DNA from: Saccostrea cucullata
Lineage: Eukaryota
Reading direction: 5' to 3'
Length of the DNA: 64,000 nucleotides
Assembly (NCBI RefSeq): GCF_032062105.1
Contig: NW_026928460.1
Location: 124,001 to 188,000, forward strand
This document shows, piece by piece, positions 27,714-38,000 of the stretch. The position numbers and the translations under genes are program-made. Positions within the stretch are counted from its first letter, which is position 1; each line of letters opens with the position of its first letter. The notes under the pieces are model-generated. The model searched no databases, was not told where the DNA came from, and worked only from the letters and a program-made list of their open reading frames with translations.

Positions 27714-29200
27714 ATTCTAAATGTATATAGTAAGAGAACAATCTTATCAAAGTTGATCGAGTTATTACTAACAAACCTATTCCACCATGTCTGTTTTAAG
27801 GAAGAAGACTAGGCTAAATTGGAAATAGTTCACGTTTTAAACACAATTTTCACAAACCGTATTTGAATACAATATTGACCATGTGTGTTTTAAATAGACT
27901 GTACCTCAAGCAGTGCAATGCAACGCATTGGAGTGCAAATATATCTTTATTAAAAGCAGACTTAATGCATAATGCTTAGTTGCAGAACTGTAGCTTTATG
28001 GTTTTATATATTAGTCTTTGACCATATCATGGTCACTGACTAATATATAAAACCATAACGCTACAGTTAAGGTCAAAGACTAGTACATAAATTCATAACG
28101 CTACAGTTCTGCAGAGCTACATAATGCTCCAATCAGTTTTCGATGTTAAATTCCGCAAAAGTAACTGTTGTTCGACGAGAACTCAGCTCTTTAAGCTCTG
28201 AACAACAATACGGGACTTCAAAGTAATCTCTCGACATAATTACTGACATGTTTATCTTGATTTATACAGAGAACGGCCATACCCCAAAATTTAAATAAAG
28301 ATATTCCATCCAATTTTTCTTCATATTTTGTTTTGATAAAAAACGCCGAATCATAAAAAGAAATATTAGATTCAACCTTATTATCAATACACATGTAAAA
28401 TTATGTAAAACTAATTTGGACTTCATTTTTAAAATGACATTACATTGTCACAATGATTGTGGTTTCTGGAGAGTAGTTAAATTCTTCTTAAGGCAAGCTG
28501 TATTAATTCCTTGCAAAAGAAACTAGAGGTACTGTGAGCGATGAGCTCACTAAATGATACCCCCCGCCTCCCATATGGTTATAACTGGTGAAAAGTCCAC
28601 GTTTTCCTGTGGCCGGGAAACCCAAAATATGTGTAGGATCAAAAAGTAAAATAGGAGGTGCACAATGGCAATATGTAATAAAGATTCTGTGAAAGTTTCA
28701 TCAAATTTCATTCAGTGGTATGAGAGGAGTTGCGGATAAGAGATGGGTACCCCAAAGCGTAACAGACGGACGGACGGACGGACGGACGTACAGACGGATG
28801 GACGGAATTAACGATTACTATATACCCTCCCGCTTTTCAAGCGGGGGGTATAAAAAAAATCCACTCAGTATAGTCAAAGGTGAGTGTTCATTTAAATTTC
28901 TGAATGTTTCCGCATACACCAACTATAGTCGTTCAGTGAAAAAAAATATCAAAATATACAGTACATAGAGTGCAGTTAAATTATTTTTTTTAGGCAAGCT
29001 ATATGAATTCCTCGCAAAAGAAACAAAAATCCACTCATCAGTCAAAGATGGGTGTTCGTTTAAAGATTCTGAATGTTTTCGCATTCTGATTGTTAATTTT
29101 TGATTCCCTTAAAATTGTACAAATAATGAGAACAAATATTAAAGAACTGTGAATGAACAATCACATCCAGTCTGGTTTTTGAAACTCTATTTCAGAACAA
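27714..29200 (-). repeat. Inverted internal segment of macro-repeat unit 2
   Basis: Reverse complement of about 25700-26943 and of 35185-36392; the flanks remain in direct orientation. Confidence 0.9.
28523..28851 (-). mobile_element. Non-autonomous Helentron/HINE-like element
   Basis: Sub-terminal IR ATACCCCCCGC / GCGGGGGGTAT, terminal hairpin CCCGC-TTTTCAA-GCGGG, (GACG)n microsatellite. Inserted in an A-run of the host unit and absent from the other units. Confidence 0.8.
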
Positions 29201-29759
29201 AAATTAGAATCGATCATATCGATACTTTATAATAAAGTTAAGTTGTGTTTCTTTGTTGCACTTGTCCGGGTAGTAAAAACAGTGTAAAATCAAACGATTA
29301 ACTTATGAGTTAAAGTTTAGAGACTCAATCAAACAATGCACCGATATGCTTTGCATAACAATCAAACTCGCTTTTCAGTCCTGCATGCTTAGCATTTCTT
29401 GTGTTGTGAGATAAACTCTGCAACCAAAAGCAAGCGCTTGACATGGCTAACCTTGATTACTGATGAGTGCCTCCATAAAGTCTTATATAGTATACAAGCC
29501 TGTTATCCGTTAGCTTTGCCTAAATATTTGCATATTCTAAAGCAGAGAGCAAAGAGCGTTTTGTTTACGTTGTTCAAAGGGCCATAATTTGAATTACCGA
29601 ACTTTGTAACAAACTTCCATTATGCAAATTTTACAACATACATTAAATCGCACAAGAAAAATTGTATAAATAGGGTGTCCCTGGAAGGGTGGATGGTGGG
29701 GGAGTAAAATAACTGTGCTTGTCCAAATACATGTAGAATTGAATTCAGCTGCAACTTAC

Positions 29760-30063
29760 ATAAATTTCTTTTCGGTTACATTATTAATTAATGACTATTA
29801 AAAAAAAAAAAAAAAAAAAATGATTGGTGTTCCTGGGAGTTGAACCTGGTTCCTTTGGCGTGCAGGGCAGCGGGTATAATGATTCGGCTATCAAGTCAGT
29901 ATGTATTACTTTGGTAATTTCTATTTATCTTACGTATGTGCTTTAATAATTTAAATATCTTTTGGGGTCTATTTTGCGGCACGCGGTGAACCGGTCCAAG
30001 GGTATTTAAACTCGTGTTTTGTGTTCTTTTGTCATTCGACAAGTTAGCCACGACGTATCAGTT
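29760..30063 (+). repeat. Split direct repeat A1
   Basis: Identical by eye to 34448-34748 apart from poly(A) length. Confidence 0.95.
29825..29897 (-). ncRNA. tRNA-derived Pol III promoter cassette (degenerate, not a functional tRNA); second copy at 34510-34582
   Basis: Minus strand, 73 nt: box A-like TAGCCGAAT, box B GGTTCAACTCC, ending ACCA and followed by a long T-run. The acceptor stem does not pair. Confidence 0.55.
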
Positions 30064-30073
30064 AGAAACACAG

Positions 30074-30895
30074 ATGAATCTGTCCGATTCAGATAGTGAG
30101 CCATCTCCACGTGGTAGCCCGGGGAAAAGTGTTCCTCATGAGCCAAAAAGACGTCCGTCTAACAACAATGAGGCTAGCCGCAACCGTTCGCAAACTTTGA
30201 ATGAAGACCTTACTAACGCAGAGGCATTCCAATTGTTTTCCCGCAAGTTAGACGTAGCTTTAGCAGAGAACAAAAAGCTGCTTTTGAAGGAGTTAGAAGC
30301 AAAAAATTCAACTTGTGTATCCAGAGAAAGTTCGGTTGATTTTAAGTTGGATCATCACAAAGAAAGGTACAACTTCTTAACAGATTTACAAAGTGACTTT
30401 GAAAGTATTGATAAATTTATTGACTTTGGTGATAGTTTGAATGCTAAAGAGATAATCAAAAAAGCTGTTCTTCGTATTAACGACCAGAAAAAAGTTATAA
30501 GAATTGCAGATAAGTACGGCTGGGATGTGGCTAAAGAGTACAAAGATGACCCAATCACGGAGAGTACAGAGGAAAGTCAACGACTCCGGCAAGCAGAAGC
30601 CAGGGCTAAAAGGAAAAGGTTTGACAAAAGAAATTATAATAATCCTTTTCGTACAGATAGCAGCAAATTTTTCCAGCAAAGATTTACTCCTTACACCAGG
30701 CAGTTTAGTTCATACGGGAACTTCGGAGGATCACAACCAAGCCCATACAGAATACAACCAGACCAATGCCTGTATTGCAATGGGTTCGGGCACTGGAGTG
30801 TCAACTGTCCCCTCAAGAAAAAGAGCCAACCTTTCGCGATCGGCAAGCCAACTTCAACACAAACCGGACCCTCCACAGATAACCAAAGAACCTAA
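30074..30895 (+). CDS. gag: DIRS Gag-like ORF1 with CCHC zinc knuckle
   Basis: KVIRIADKYGWDVAKEY motif typical of DIRS gag; CLYCNGFGHWSVNC knuckle. First ATG at 30074 (the ORF track opens at 30014). Confidence 0.85.
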   Translation: MNLSDSDSEPSPRGSPGKSVPHEPKRRPSNNNEASRNRSQTLNEDLTNAEAFQLFSRKLDVALAENKKLLLKELEAKNSTCVSRESSVDFKLDHHKERYNFLTDLQSDFESIDKFIDFGDSLNAKEIIKKAVLRINDQKKVIRIADKYGWDVAKEYKDDPITESTEESQRLRQAEARAKRKRFDKRNYNNPFRTDSSKFFQQRFTPYTRQFSSYGNFGGSQPSPYRIQPDQCLYCNGFGHWSVNCPLKKKSQPFAIGKPTSTQTGPSTDNQRT

Positions 30896-32837
30896 ACTGG
30901 TAAAAGATATTTTGTCTTGTGAAAAAGAAAATGTTAATTTACAAACGGTTAAAGGGAGATTAGTAAAAAACATTTCTTTTTGGAAAGAACAATTGCATGC
31001 TGAACAATACATAGTTGACACTATTCAGTATGGTTATAGTATTCCTTTTGATTGTTTTCCAGAGACTATTATTTTGCATAACAATAAGTCTTCTCTTGAT
31101 CATGAGGAATTTGTAGACAACGAAATAAGAAGTTTGTTAGCCAATAAAGTCATTGTAAGGTGTAGTACTGTTCCTTCTATAGTTAATCCTTTGTCAGTTT
31201 CTATAAATTCTCATGGCAAGAAAAGACTTATTTTGGATCTTAGACATGTTAACAAATGCGTACGAAAAAATAAATTTAAGTTAGAGGGTGTTAGCAGCGC
31301 TATCAAACTTTGCAAGAAAAATGACTTTATGTTCAAGTTTGATCTTAAGAGCGGTTATCATCATTTGGACATAAATCCATTGCATTTTCAATTTTTGAGT
31401 TTTTGTTGGAAAAGTACCTATTATTCTTTCACGGTACTTCCTTTTGGTTTGAGCTCTGCTCCTTTTATTTTTACACAGCTGCTCAAGCCTTTGTTGAAAT
31501 ATTGGAGAGCAAAAGGTCATAAAATTGTTGTTTATTTAGATGATGGATTTGGGTTAGCAAACGATCTAGAATCATGTAAAGTTATGTCTTCAGCTATTAA
31601 AGCAGACTTAATTTCAGCAGGTTTTTTGGTTAACGAGGATAAGAGTATTTGGACTCCCTGTCAATCAATGGAATGGTTGGGGTTTTCTTGGGATACTGTA
31701 CATGGTATGCTTTTCATACCTCAATCTAAAATTGATAAATTATTTGGCAAAATCAGGGAAGTTATTTCATCCGAGAAAATTACTCCACGTGTTCTAGCTA
31801 GCATAGCTGGAAACATAATTTCTTTCCAGCAATCCTTAGGAAATGTATGTTCTATTATGACGAGAGTTATGCATATGGTTATTGCCAATTCAGTTTCTTG
31901 GGATCATTGTATTGTTCTTTCAGATGAAATTGTGACTGAACTTAATTTCTGGTTGCGCAATTTACAATGTTTGCCATCTAAATGTTTTCTTAAAGGCAGT
32001 TTCATTCCTCAAAGGATCGTTTTTACGGATGCAAGCAAGTATGCAGCGGCTGGTTACATTGTGGAACTCGCAGATAGTGTAGTGCATAAAATGTGGACTT
32101 CTGTGGAAGCTCTAAAGAGTTCTACCTGGAGGGAGATGAAAGCAGTAGAGACAACTTTAATATCTTCTACAGATAAGATTAGCAACAGAACTGTAAAACT
32201 TTATACTGACAATCAAAATGTAGTTAAGATAGTTAATTCTGGTAGCATGAAAAAAGAGCTCCATGATATTGCACTTAATATTTATGCTTTTTGTATTCAG
32301 AATCAAGTAACATTAGAAGTTGAGTGGATTCCTAGAGAGGAAAATAGTGTAGCAGATTGTTATAGCAAAGTTTATGATTTTGATGACTGGTCTGTTTCTG
32401 ATATTATATTTCAATTTTTCAGTAAAAAATGGGGGCCCTATGATGTAGATCTTTTTGCAGATTGTAACAATTTCAAGGTAAAAAAGTTTTTTAGTAAATT
32501 CTGGACGCCAGGGAGTTCTGGGGTCGATGCATTTGGTTTCAATTGGAAAAAATTTAACTCTTGGATCGTTCCTCCAGTTTCTCTTATTCCAGATGTTATT
32601 AATCATTTAGGTTTGTGTAAAGCGCATGGTACACTTGTTGTGCCAAAATGGACATCCTCACTTTTTTGGTCCATGTTGGTAAATTCAGATGGAAAATTCA
32701 AAAATTTTGTGATTGACTATATTGAATATGACAAACCAAGAAATTTTTTCATTGCAGGGTCTTACAAAGAAAGTGTTTTCGCTGGAGTAAAATTTTTCTC
32801 CAATGTAATAGTACTCCTTGTTAATTTTGATATTTAG
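30504..32837 (+). CDS. pol: DIRS ORF2: reverse transcriptase, RNase H, C-terminal DNA adenine methyltransferase-like domain
   Basis: KRLILDLR, DLKSGYHH, LPFGLSSAP, YLDD; RNase H FTDAS...YTDNQ; MT-like VDLFAD...GVDAF...WIVPP. Overlaps gag by 392 bp; the true start is uncertain. Confidence 0.93.
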   Translation: MQISTAGMWLKSTKMTQSRRVQRKVNDSGKQKPGLKGKGLTKEIIIILFVQIAANFSSKDLLLTPGSLVHTGTSEDHNQAHTEYNQTNACIAMGSGTGVSTVPSRKRANLSRSASQLQHKPDPPQITKEPKLVKDILSCEKENVNLQTVKGRLVKNISFWKEQLHAEQYIVDTIQYGYSIPFDCFPETIILHNNKSSLDHEEFVDNEIRSLLANKVIVRCSTVPSIVNPLSVSINSHGKKRLILDLRHVNKCVRKNKFKLEGVSSAIKLCKKNDFMFKFDLKSGYHHLDINPLHFQFLSFCWKSTYYSFTVLPFGLSSAPFIFTQLLKPLLKYWRAKGHKIVVYLDDGFGLANDLESCKVMSSAIKADLISAGFLVNEDKSIWTPCQSMEWLGFSWDTVHGMLFIPQSKIDKLFGKIREVISSEKITPRVLASIAGNIISFQQSLGNVCSIMTRVMHMVIANSVSWDHCIVLSDEIVTELNFWLRNLQCLPSKCFLKGSFIPQRIVFTDASKYAAAGYIVELADSVVHKMWTSVEALKSSTWREMKAVETTLISSTDKISNRTVKLYTDNQNVVKIVNSGSMKKELHDIALNIYAFCIQNQVTLEVEWIPREENSVADCYSKVYDFDDWSVSDIIFQFFSKKWGPYDVDLFADCNNFKVKKFFSKFWTPGSSGVDAFGFNWKKFNSWIVPPVSLIPDVINHLGLCKAHGTLVVPKWTSSLFWSMLVNSDGKFKNFVIDYIEYDKPRNFFIAGSYKESVFAGVKFFSNVIVLLVNFDI

Positions 32838-32877
32838 ACTTTTTCAGGTGCATTTGTGTTATGACATTTAGATGGAA

Positions 32878-33180
32878 TTCTGACAGGGAGTCAGAACTGA
32901 GACTTTGTATTGTAAGGCTGAGTATTTGATTTGTGTTATGACAGGCTGAGAGCCTGATATTTGTAATGAATGGCTGAGAGCCCATGTGTATGATTGGCTG
33001 AGAGCCTTTGTGTATGATTGGCTGAGAGCCGGATATTTGTATTTGATTGGCTGAGAGCCTTATTTGTGTATTACTGGCTGAGAGTCAGAATTAGTTGTTT
33101 AGCAGGCTGAGAGCCTGATGAATGATTTCAATGGCTTGAGAACCAAAATTAAATTTAACTAGTTAAGGCTTAGTTAAGCC
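32878..33180 (+). repeat. Array of short palindromic GGCTGAGAGCC hairpin repeats between RT and YR
   Basis: Exact copies at 32944, 32972, 32996, 33020, 33049 and 33105; variants at 32916, 33076 and 33133; period 24-29 bp. Confidence 0.9.
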
Positions 33181-33280
33181 AGGATTTAAAAGTGTCTGCA
33201 ATTGCTTACTATTTAAATTCAACTGTTTCTTAAAATATTAAATCTTTATATGTTAACGTTTTGTTTGTTTATGATTTCAG

Positions 33281-34291
33281 TTCTTCAACCATTCACATTG
33301 GGCAGAATTGAGAACTCATGAAGAGGGGGACATTGCTAAGCTGGCTGGGAATATACCGGACTTAATTGAGGCTTCAAAATCAGAGTCCACTTTACGTAAA
33401 TACAAGACATATTTTTCTAAATTTGATCATTGGTGTTCATTTCACAAATTATCTTCTTTACCAGCATCACCTGCAACAGTGTCTCTCTTCATTTCTCATC
33501 TTGTTCAGAGTAAATCAACATCTTCAGTGTTAACCTCTCATTTTTACGCTGTGCAATGGTATCATGAGAAAAATTTGTTTCCAAATCCGTGTTCTGACAA
33601 ACTTGTGAAAATGACTTTTGAGGGAGCGTTGCGCACTCTTACAAAATCTTCAGTGAACAAGAAACAACCGATTACATCTAATATTATTTCCAAAGTCTTT
33701 AATTTAAGAAGTAACTTGTCAGATTTATCTGATTTGCGTACTAGATTACTCTTTGTTCTTGGATATGCAGGATTTTTCAGGGCCAGAGAGCTGTGCAACA
33801 TCAAGAGATCGGATATTACTTTTTGTGATACTCACGTGGAAATTGAACTTAGAAGCTCTAAGACAGACATATACAGAAGGGGTAACATTGTGCACATTGC
33901 AAAACTCGACTCTGATTTGTGTCCCGTTCAATGTCTTATTGATTATCTTAAATTAGCTGGTGTTCAAAACGATTCTAATGAATTTATATTTAGGTCATTA
34001 AGATATTTCAAAAAATGTAATTCTTATAGGCTTGCAAAAAGTAACAAAGCTATATCTTATACTTGTGTCAGAGAACTTATTTTGAAGGCATTGAAAGATG
34101 TTGGAGAGGACGCTTCAAAGTTTGGTGTGCACTCACTTAGATCCGGAGGTGCTTCAGCCGCAGCCAATCTAGATATTCCCGATAGACTCTTTAAGGCTCA
34201 TGGACGGTGGAAAAGTGAAACGGCAAAGGACGGTTATATTAAGGATAGTACAGAAAAGGTTCTATTTGTGTCAAAAAATTTGGGATTGTAA
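33281..34291 (+). CDS. DIRS tyrosine recombinase (probably spliced at its 5' end)
   Basis: Catalytic motifs GFFR, SKTD, HSLRSGGAS, HGRWKS..GY. The frame is open from 33275 with no N-terminal ATG; acceptor TTTGTTTATGATTTCAG ends at 33280. Confidence 0.92.
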   Translation, partial: FFNHSHWAELRTHEEGDIAKLAGNIPDLIEASKSESTLRKYKTYFSKFDHWCSFHKLSSLPASPATVSLFISHLVQSKSTSSVLTSHFYAVQWYHEKNLFPNPCSDKLVKMTFEGALRTLTKSSVNKKQPITSNIISKVFNLRSNLSDLSDLRTRLLFVLGYAGFFRARELCNIKRSDITFCDTHVEIELRSSKTDIYRRGNIVHIAKLDSDLCPVQCLIDYLKLAGVQNDSNEFIFRSLRYFKKCNSYRLAKSNKAISYTCVRELILKALKDVGEDASKFGVHSLRSGGASAAANLDIPDRLFKAHGRWKSETAKDGYIKDSTEKVLFVSKNLGL

Positions 34292-34337
34292 TTAAATAAT
34301 TTTTTCTTTTCATTTTCCCTCAGACGTTTTTTATTCG

Positions 34338-34748
34338 AATTTTGGCTAACATTGTCGCCTCCTCTATATTTGTGTTTGAGTTTTTGTTTATGTAAAGAGA
34401 ATATGAAATACTTTATGTTCGTCTGAGCGAAGCGAAAGAGAACATAAATAAATTTCTTTTCGGTTACATTATTAATTAATGACTATTAAAAAAAAAAAAA
34501 AAAAATGATTGGTGTTCCTGGGAGTTGAACCTGGTTCCTTTGGCGTGCAGGGCAGCGGGTATAATGATTCGGCTATCAAGTCAGTATGTATTACTTTGGT
34601 AATTTCTATTTATCTTACGTATGTGCTTTAATAATTTAAATATCTTTTGGGGTCTATTTTGCGGCACGCGGTGAACCGGTCCAAGGGTATTTAAACTCGT
34701 GTTTTGTGTTCTTTTGTCATTCGACAAGTTAGCCACGACGTATCAGTT
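34338..34748 (+). repeat. Internal B1-A2 junction of the split direct repeats
   Basis: B1 (34338-34447) equals 34958-35067; A2 (34448-34748) equals 29760-30063. Confidence 0.95.
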
Positions 34749-34957
34749 TTCCAAACTCTTTTACTTTTATTTAATGAAATAGAATTCTTTTGCAGATTGA
34801 TGCTTAGTTTCTTTGAAGTAGATTCCATTCCTTGTGTGGAGATGCATGTTGCAGTTTGCCTGGACCAATCCTGTGTTACCTTGGTGTTTTATCCTCCTTC
34901 CCGGGCTGTATGGACGCACTTAAGGACGCGTTTACATTTGTACAAATCAGTTTATTA

Positions 34958-35067
34958 AATTTTGGCTAACATTGTCGCCTCCTCTATATTTGTGTTTGAG
35001 TTTTTGTTTATGTAAAGAGAATATGAAATACTTTATGTTCGTCTGAGCGAAGCGAAAGAGAACATAA
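34958..35067 (+). repeat. Split direct repeat B2 (right terminus)
   Basis: Ends in the hairpin TTATGTTC...GAGCGAAGCGA...GAACATAA. Confidence 0.95.
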
Positions 35068-38000
35068 TTCCACCGACAGCTACACTCTGCTGCAATACAA
35101 TGCATTGCATTGTAATGCCGGGCAAATCATCCAATCAAAGTAAACTTTGTCAATTTTTTTTTAAATTGATTGAATTTAAAATAGTTTCAAACTCAGACTG
35201 GATGTGATTGTTCATTCACAATTCTTTAACATTTGTTCTCATTATTTGTACTCTTTGATAGGAATCAAAAATTAACAATCAGAAATTACATTGAAGGACA
35301 TCAGAAATAATATCGAAGGACTTTTCGACAACCTAAATACAGTGTATTGCTAATTCATAACCTTTAAATGAACACTCATCTTTGTCTAATAAGTGGATTT
35401 TTTTTTCTTTTGCGAGGAATTAATATAGCTTGTCTAAAAAAAAAAAAGAATCCAACTGCGCTCTATATACTGCATATATTGATAATTTTTATTCACTGAA
35501 CGACTATAGTTGGGGTATGCGGAAATATTCATAACCTTTAAATGAACACTCATCTTTGTCTAATAAGTGGATTTTTTTTTTTGCAAAAAATTAATGCAAA
35601 GAATTTATATAGCTTTCCTTGCAAAGAATTTAACTACTATTCAGAAACCACAATGTAATGTCATTTTAAAAATTAAGTCCATTAGTTTTACATAATTTTA
35701 TTGAAAATAAGGTTGAATCTAATATTTCTTTTTATGATTCGGCGTTTTTTATCAAAACAAAAATTGAAGAAAAGATTGGATGGATTTTTTTATTTACATT
35801 TTGGGGTATGGCCGTCCTCTGTCTAAATCTAGATAAACATGTCAGTAATTATGTCGAGAGATTACTTTGAAGTACCGTATTGCTGTTCAGAGCTTAAAGA
35901 GCTGAATTTTCGTCAAACAACAGTTACTTTTGCGGAATTTAACATCGAAAACTGATTGGGGCATTATGTAGCTCTGCAGAACTGTAGCGTTATGAACTTA
36001 TATACTAGTCTTTGACCTTAACAGTAGCGTTATGGTTTTATATATTAGTCTGTGACCATGATATGGTCAAAGACTAATATGTAAAACCATAAAGCTACAG
36101 TTCTGCAACTAAGCATTATGCATTAAGTCTGCTTACAATAAAGATTTATTTGCACTGCAATGCATTGCATTGCATTGCACTGCTTGATGCTTGATGTACA
36201 GTCTATTTAAAACACACATGGTCAATATTGAATTCAACTACGGTTTGTGAAAATTGTGTTTAAAATGTGAACTATTTCCAATTTAGCCTAGTCTTCTTCC
36301 TTAAAACAGACGTGGTGGAATAGGTTTGTTAGTAATTATAACAACTCGATCAACTTTGATAAGATTGTTCTCTTACTATATACATTTAGAATTTAAAATC
36401 GATCATATCGATACTCTATAATAAAGTTACATTGTGTTTCTTTGTTGCACTTGTCCGGGTAATAAAAACAGTGTAAAATCAAACGATTATCTTATGAGTT
36501 AAGGTTTAGAGACTCAATCAAACAAAGCACCGATATGCTTTGTATTACAATCATACACGCTTTTCAGTCCTGCATGCTAAGCAATTTTTGTGTTATGAGT
36601 TAAAGTCTCCAACTGAAAGCAAGCGCTTGACATGGCTAAACTTGATTACTGATGAGTGCCTCTCTAAAGTCTTATATAGTATACAAGCCTGTTATCCCTT
36701 AGCTTTGCCTAAAAATTTGCATAATCTAAAGCAGAGAGCAAAGAGCGTTTTGTTTACGTTGTTCAAAGGGCCATAATTTGAATTATCGAAGTTTGTAACA
36801 AACTTCCATTATGCAAATTTTACAACATACATTAAATCACACAAGAAAAATTGTATAAATAGGGTTTCCTTGGGAGGGTGGATGGTGGGGGAGTAAAATA
36901 AATGTGTTTCTCCAAATACAAGTAGAATTGAATCCAGCTGCACCTTACTTCCACTGAAAGCTACACTCTGCTGCAGTACAATTCATTGCATTGCAATGCC
37001 GGGCAAATCATCCAATCAAAGTTAACTTAGTCATTTTTTTTCAATTAATTGAATTAAAAATAGCGTTAAAATTCACACTATTTTATTTATTGTTATGATT
37101 TAGAGTTTCAAACTCAGACTGCATGTGATTTTTCATTCACAATTCTTTAATATTTGTTCTCATTATTTGTACCCTCTTTGATAGGAATCAAAAATTAACA
37201 ATCAGAAATTACATCGAAAGACATCAGAAATCATATCGAAGGACTTTTCGACAACTTATATACCCAACAAAAAAAGAAACGCATATTGTTTTACTCATCA
37301 AAGAAATTTTGAAAAAGTATTTGGAACAACTATTTTTTTTATCATTGGATACCTGTGGCCTATTTGAAATACAACATGGGCTTTTTAAACCCCAGTTGTT
37401 GAATTATTTCCCTTGATTAATCATGTTTATGAAAATAGTGTTTTACATGATTTCTTGTAAATCGAGAGTATTTTCAATGAAATTTTGGATTTTGAGAAAC
37501 AATAAACACTCCTATTGAACCCATATTTATGCTTTGATTGCAATGTTGATGCTGCAATGCTACGCCTAAACAAAGATGAAAGCAACAAAGCTCTACACCC
37601 ATTCTCAATATAAGGGCACAAATGCCTCTCTGATTTTTTAAAAAAATGAAGTTCAAGATAACAATTTTTCTATCAATTACCTTTGAAAGAAAGTATCTGA
37701 AGATTTTGTTTCCAGATTTTTTTTCATCAAGTTTTAATACATGGAATAATGACAAGACGGTAAAGTAGAGGGTGATTTTATTCAGAAATGTAGCTTGAAA
37801 TGTACGTTACTCTTTCTTCAATGTCCAAAAAGATATGTCAAAAAAATGTAGTCATTAAAATCACAATTGGAATATCTCATCTTAACACCAGCACATCCTA
37901 CCAACTCTGTCAGCATCATTTTCTCGGCATACGAACGTGCGTTTGATTTTTCCTTTCAAAAAACAAAGGTTACTTTTTGATCCAGATGTATAAAAAAAAT

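Larger units (their letters stand above)
29760..35067 (+). mobile_element. Full-length DIRS-order tyrosine recombinase retrotransposon, PAT-like (split direct repeats plus methyltransferase-like domain)
   Basis: A1 29760-30063, gag, RT/RH/MT, YR, B1 34338-34447, A2 34448-34748, B2 34958-35067. The host site CTTAC|TTCCAC is interrupted with no TSD, and the B1/A2 junction equals right end plus left end. Confidence 0.95.

Noticed and set aside
27277-29587. Short ORFs in the 1.9-kb macro-repeat (also 36540-36776)
   Set aside because: No recognisable domains; the frames differ between units.
29825-29897. Functional tRNA gene
   Set aside because: The acceptor, D and anticodon stems do not pair; only the promoter boxes are recognisable.
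32878-33180. CRISPR array
   Set aside because: The repeats are only 11 bp, the spacers are 13-18 bp and resemble each other, there are no cas genes, and the context is a eukaryotic retroelement. Kept as a hairpin array instead.
29760-35067. LTR retrotransposon or Ngaro element
   Set aside because: No integrase, protease or TSD, and the repeats are split. The MT-like domain argues for PAT-like over Ngaro.
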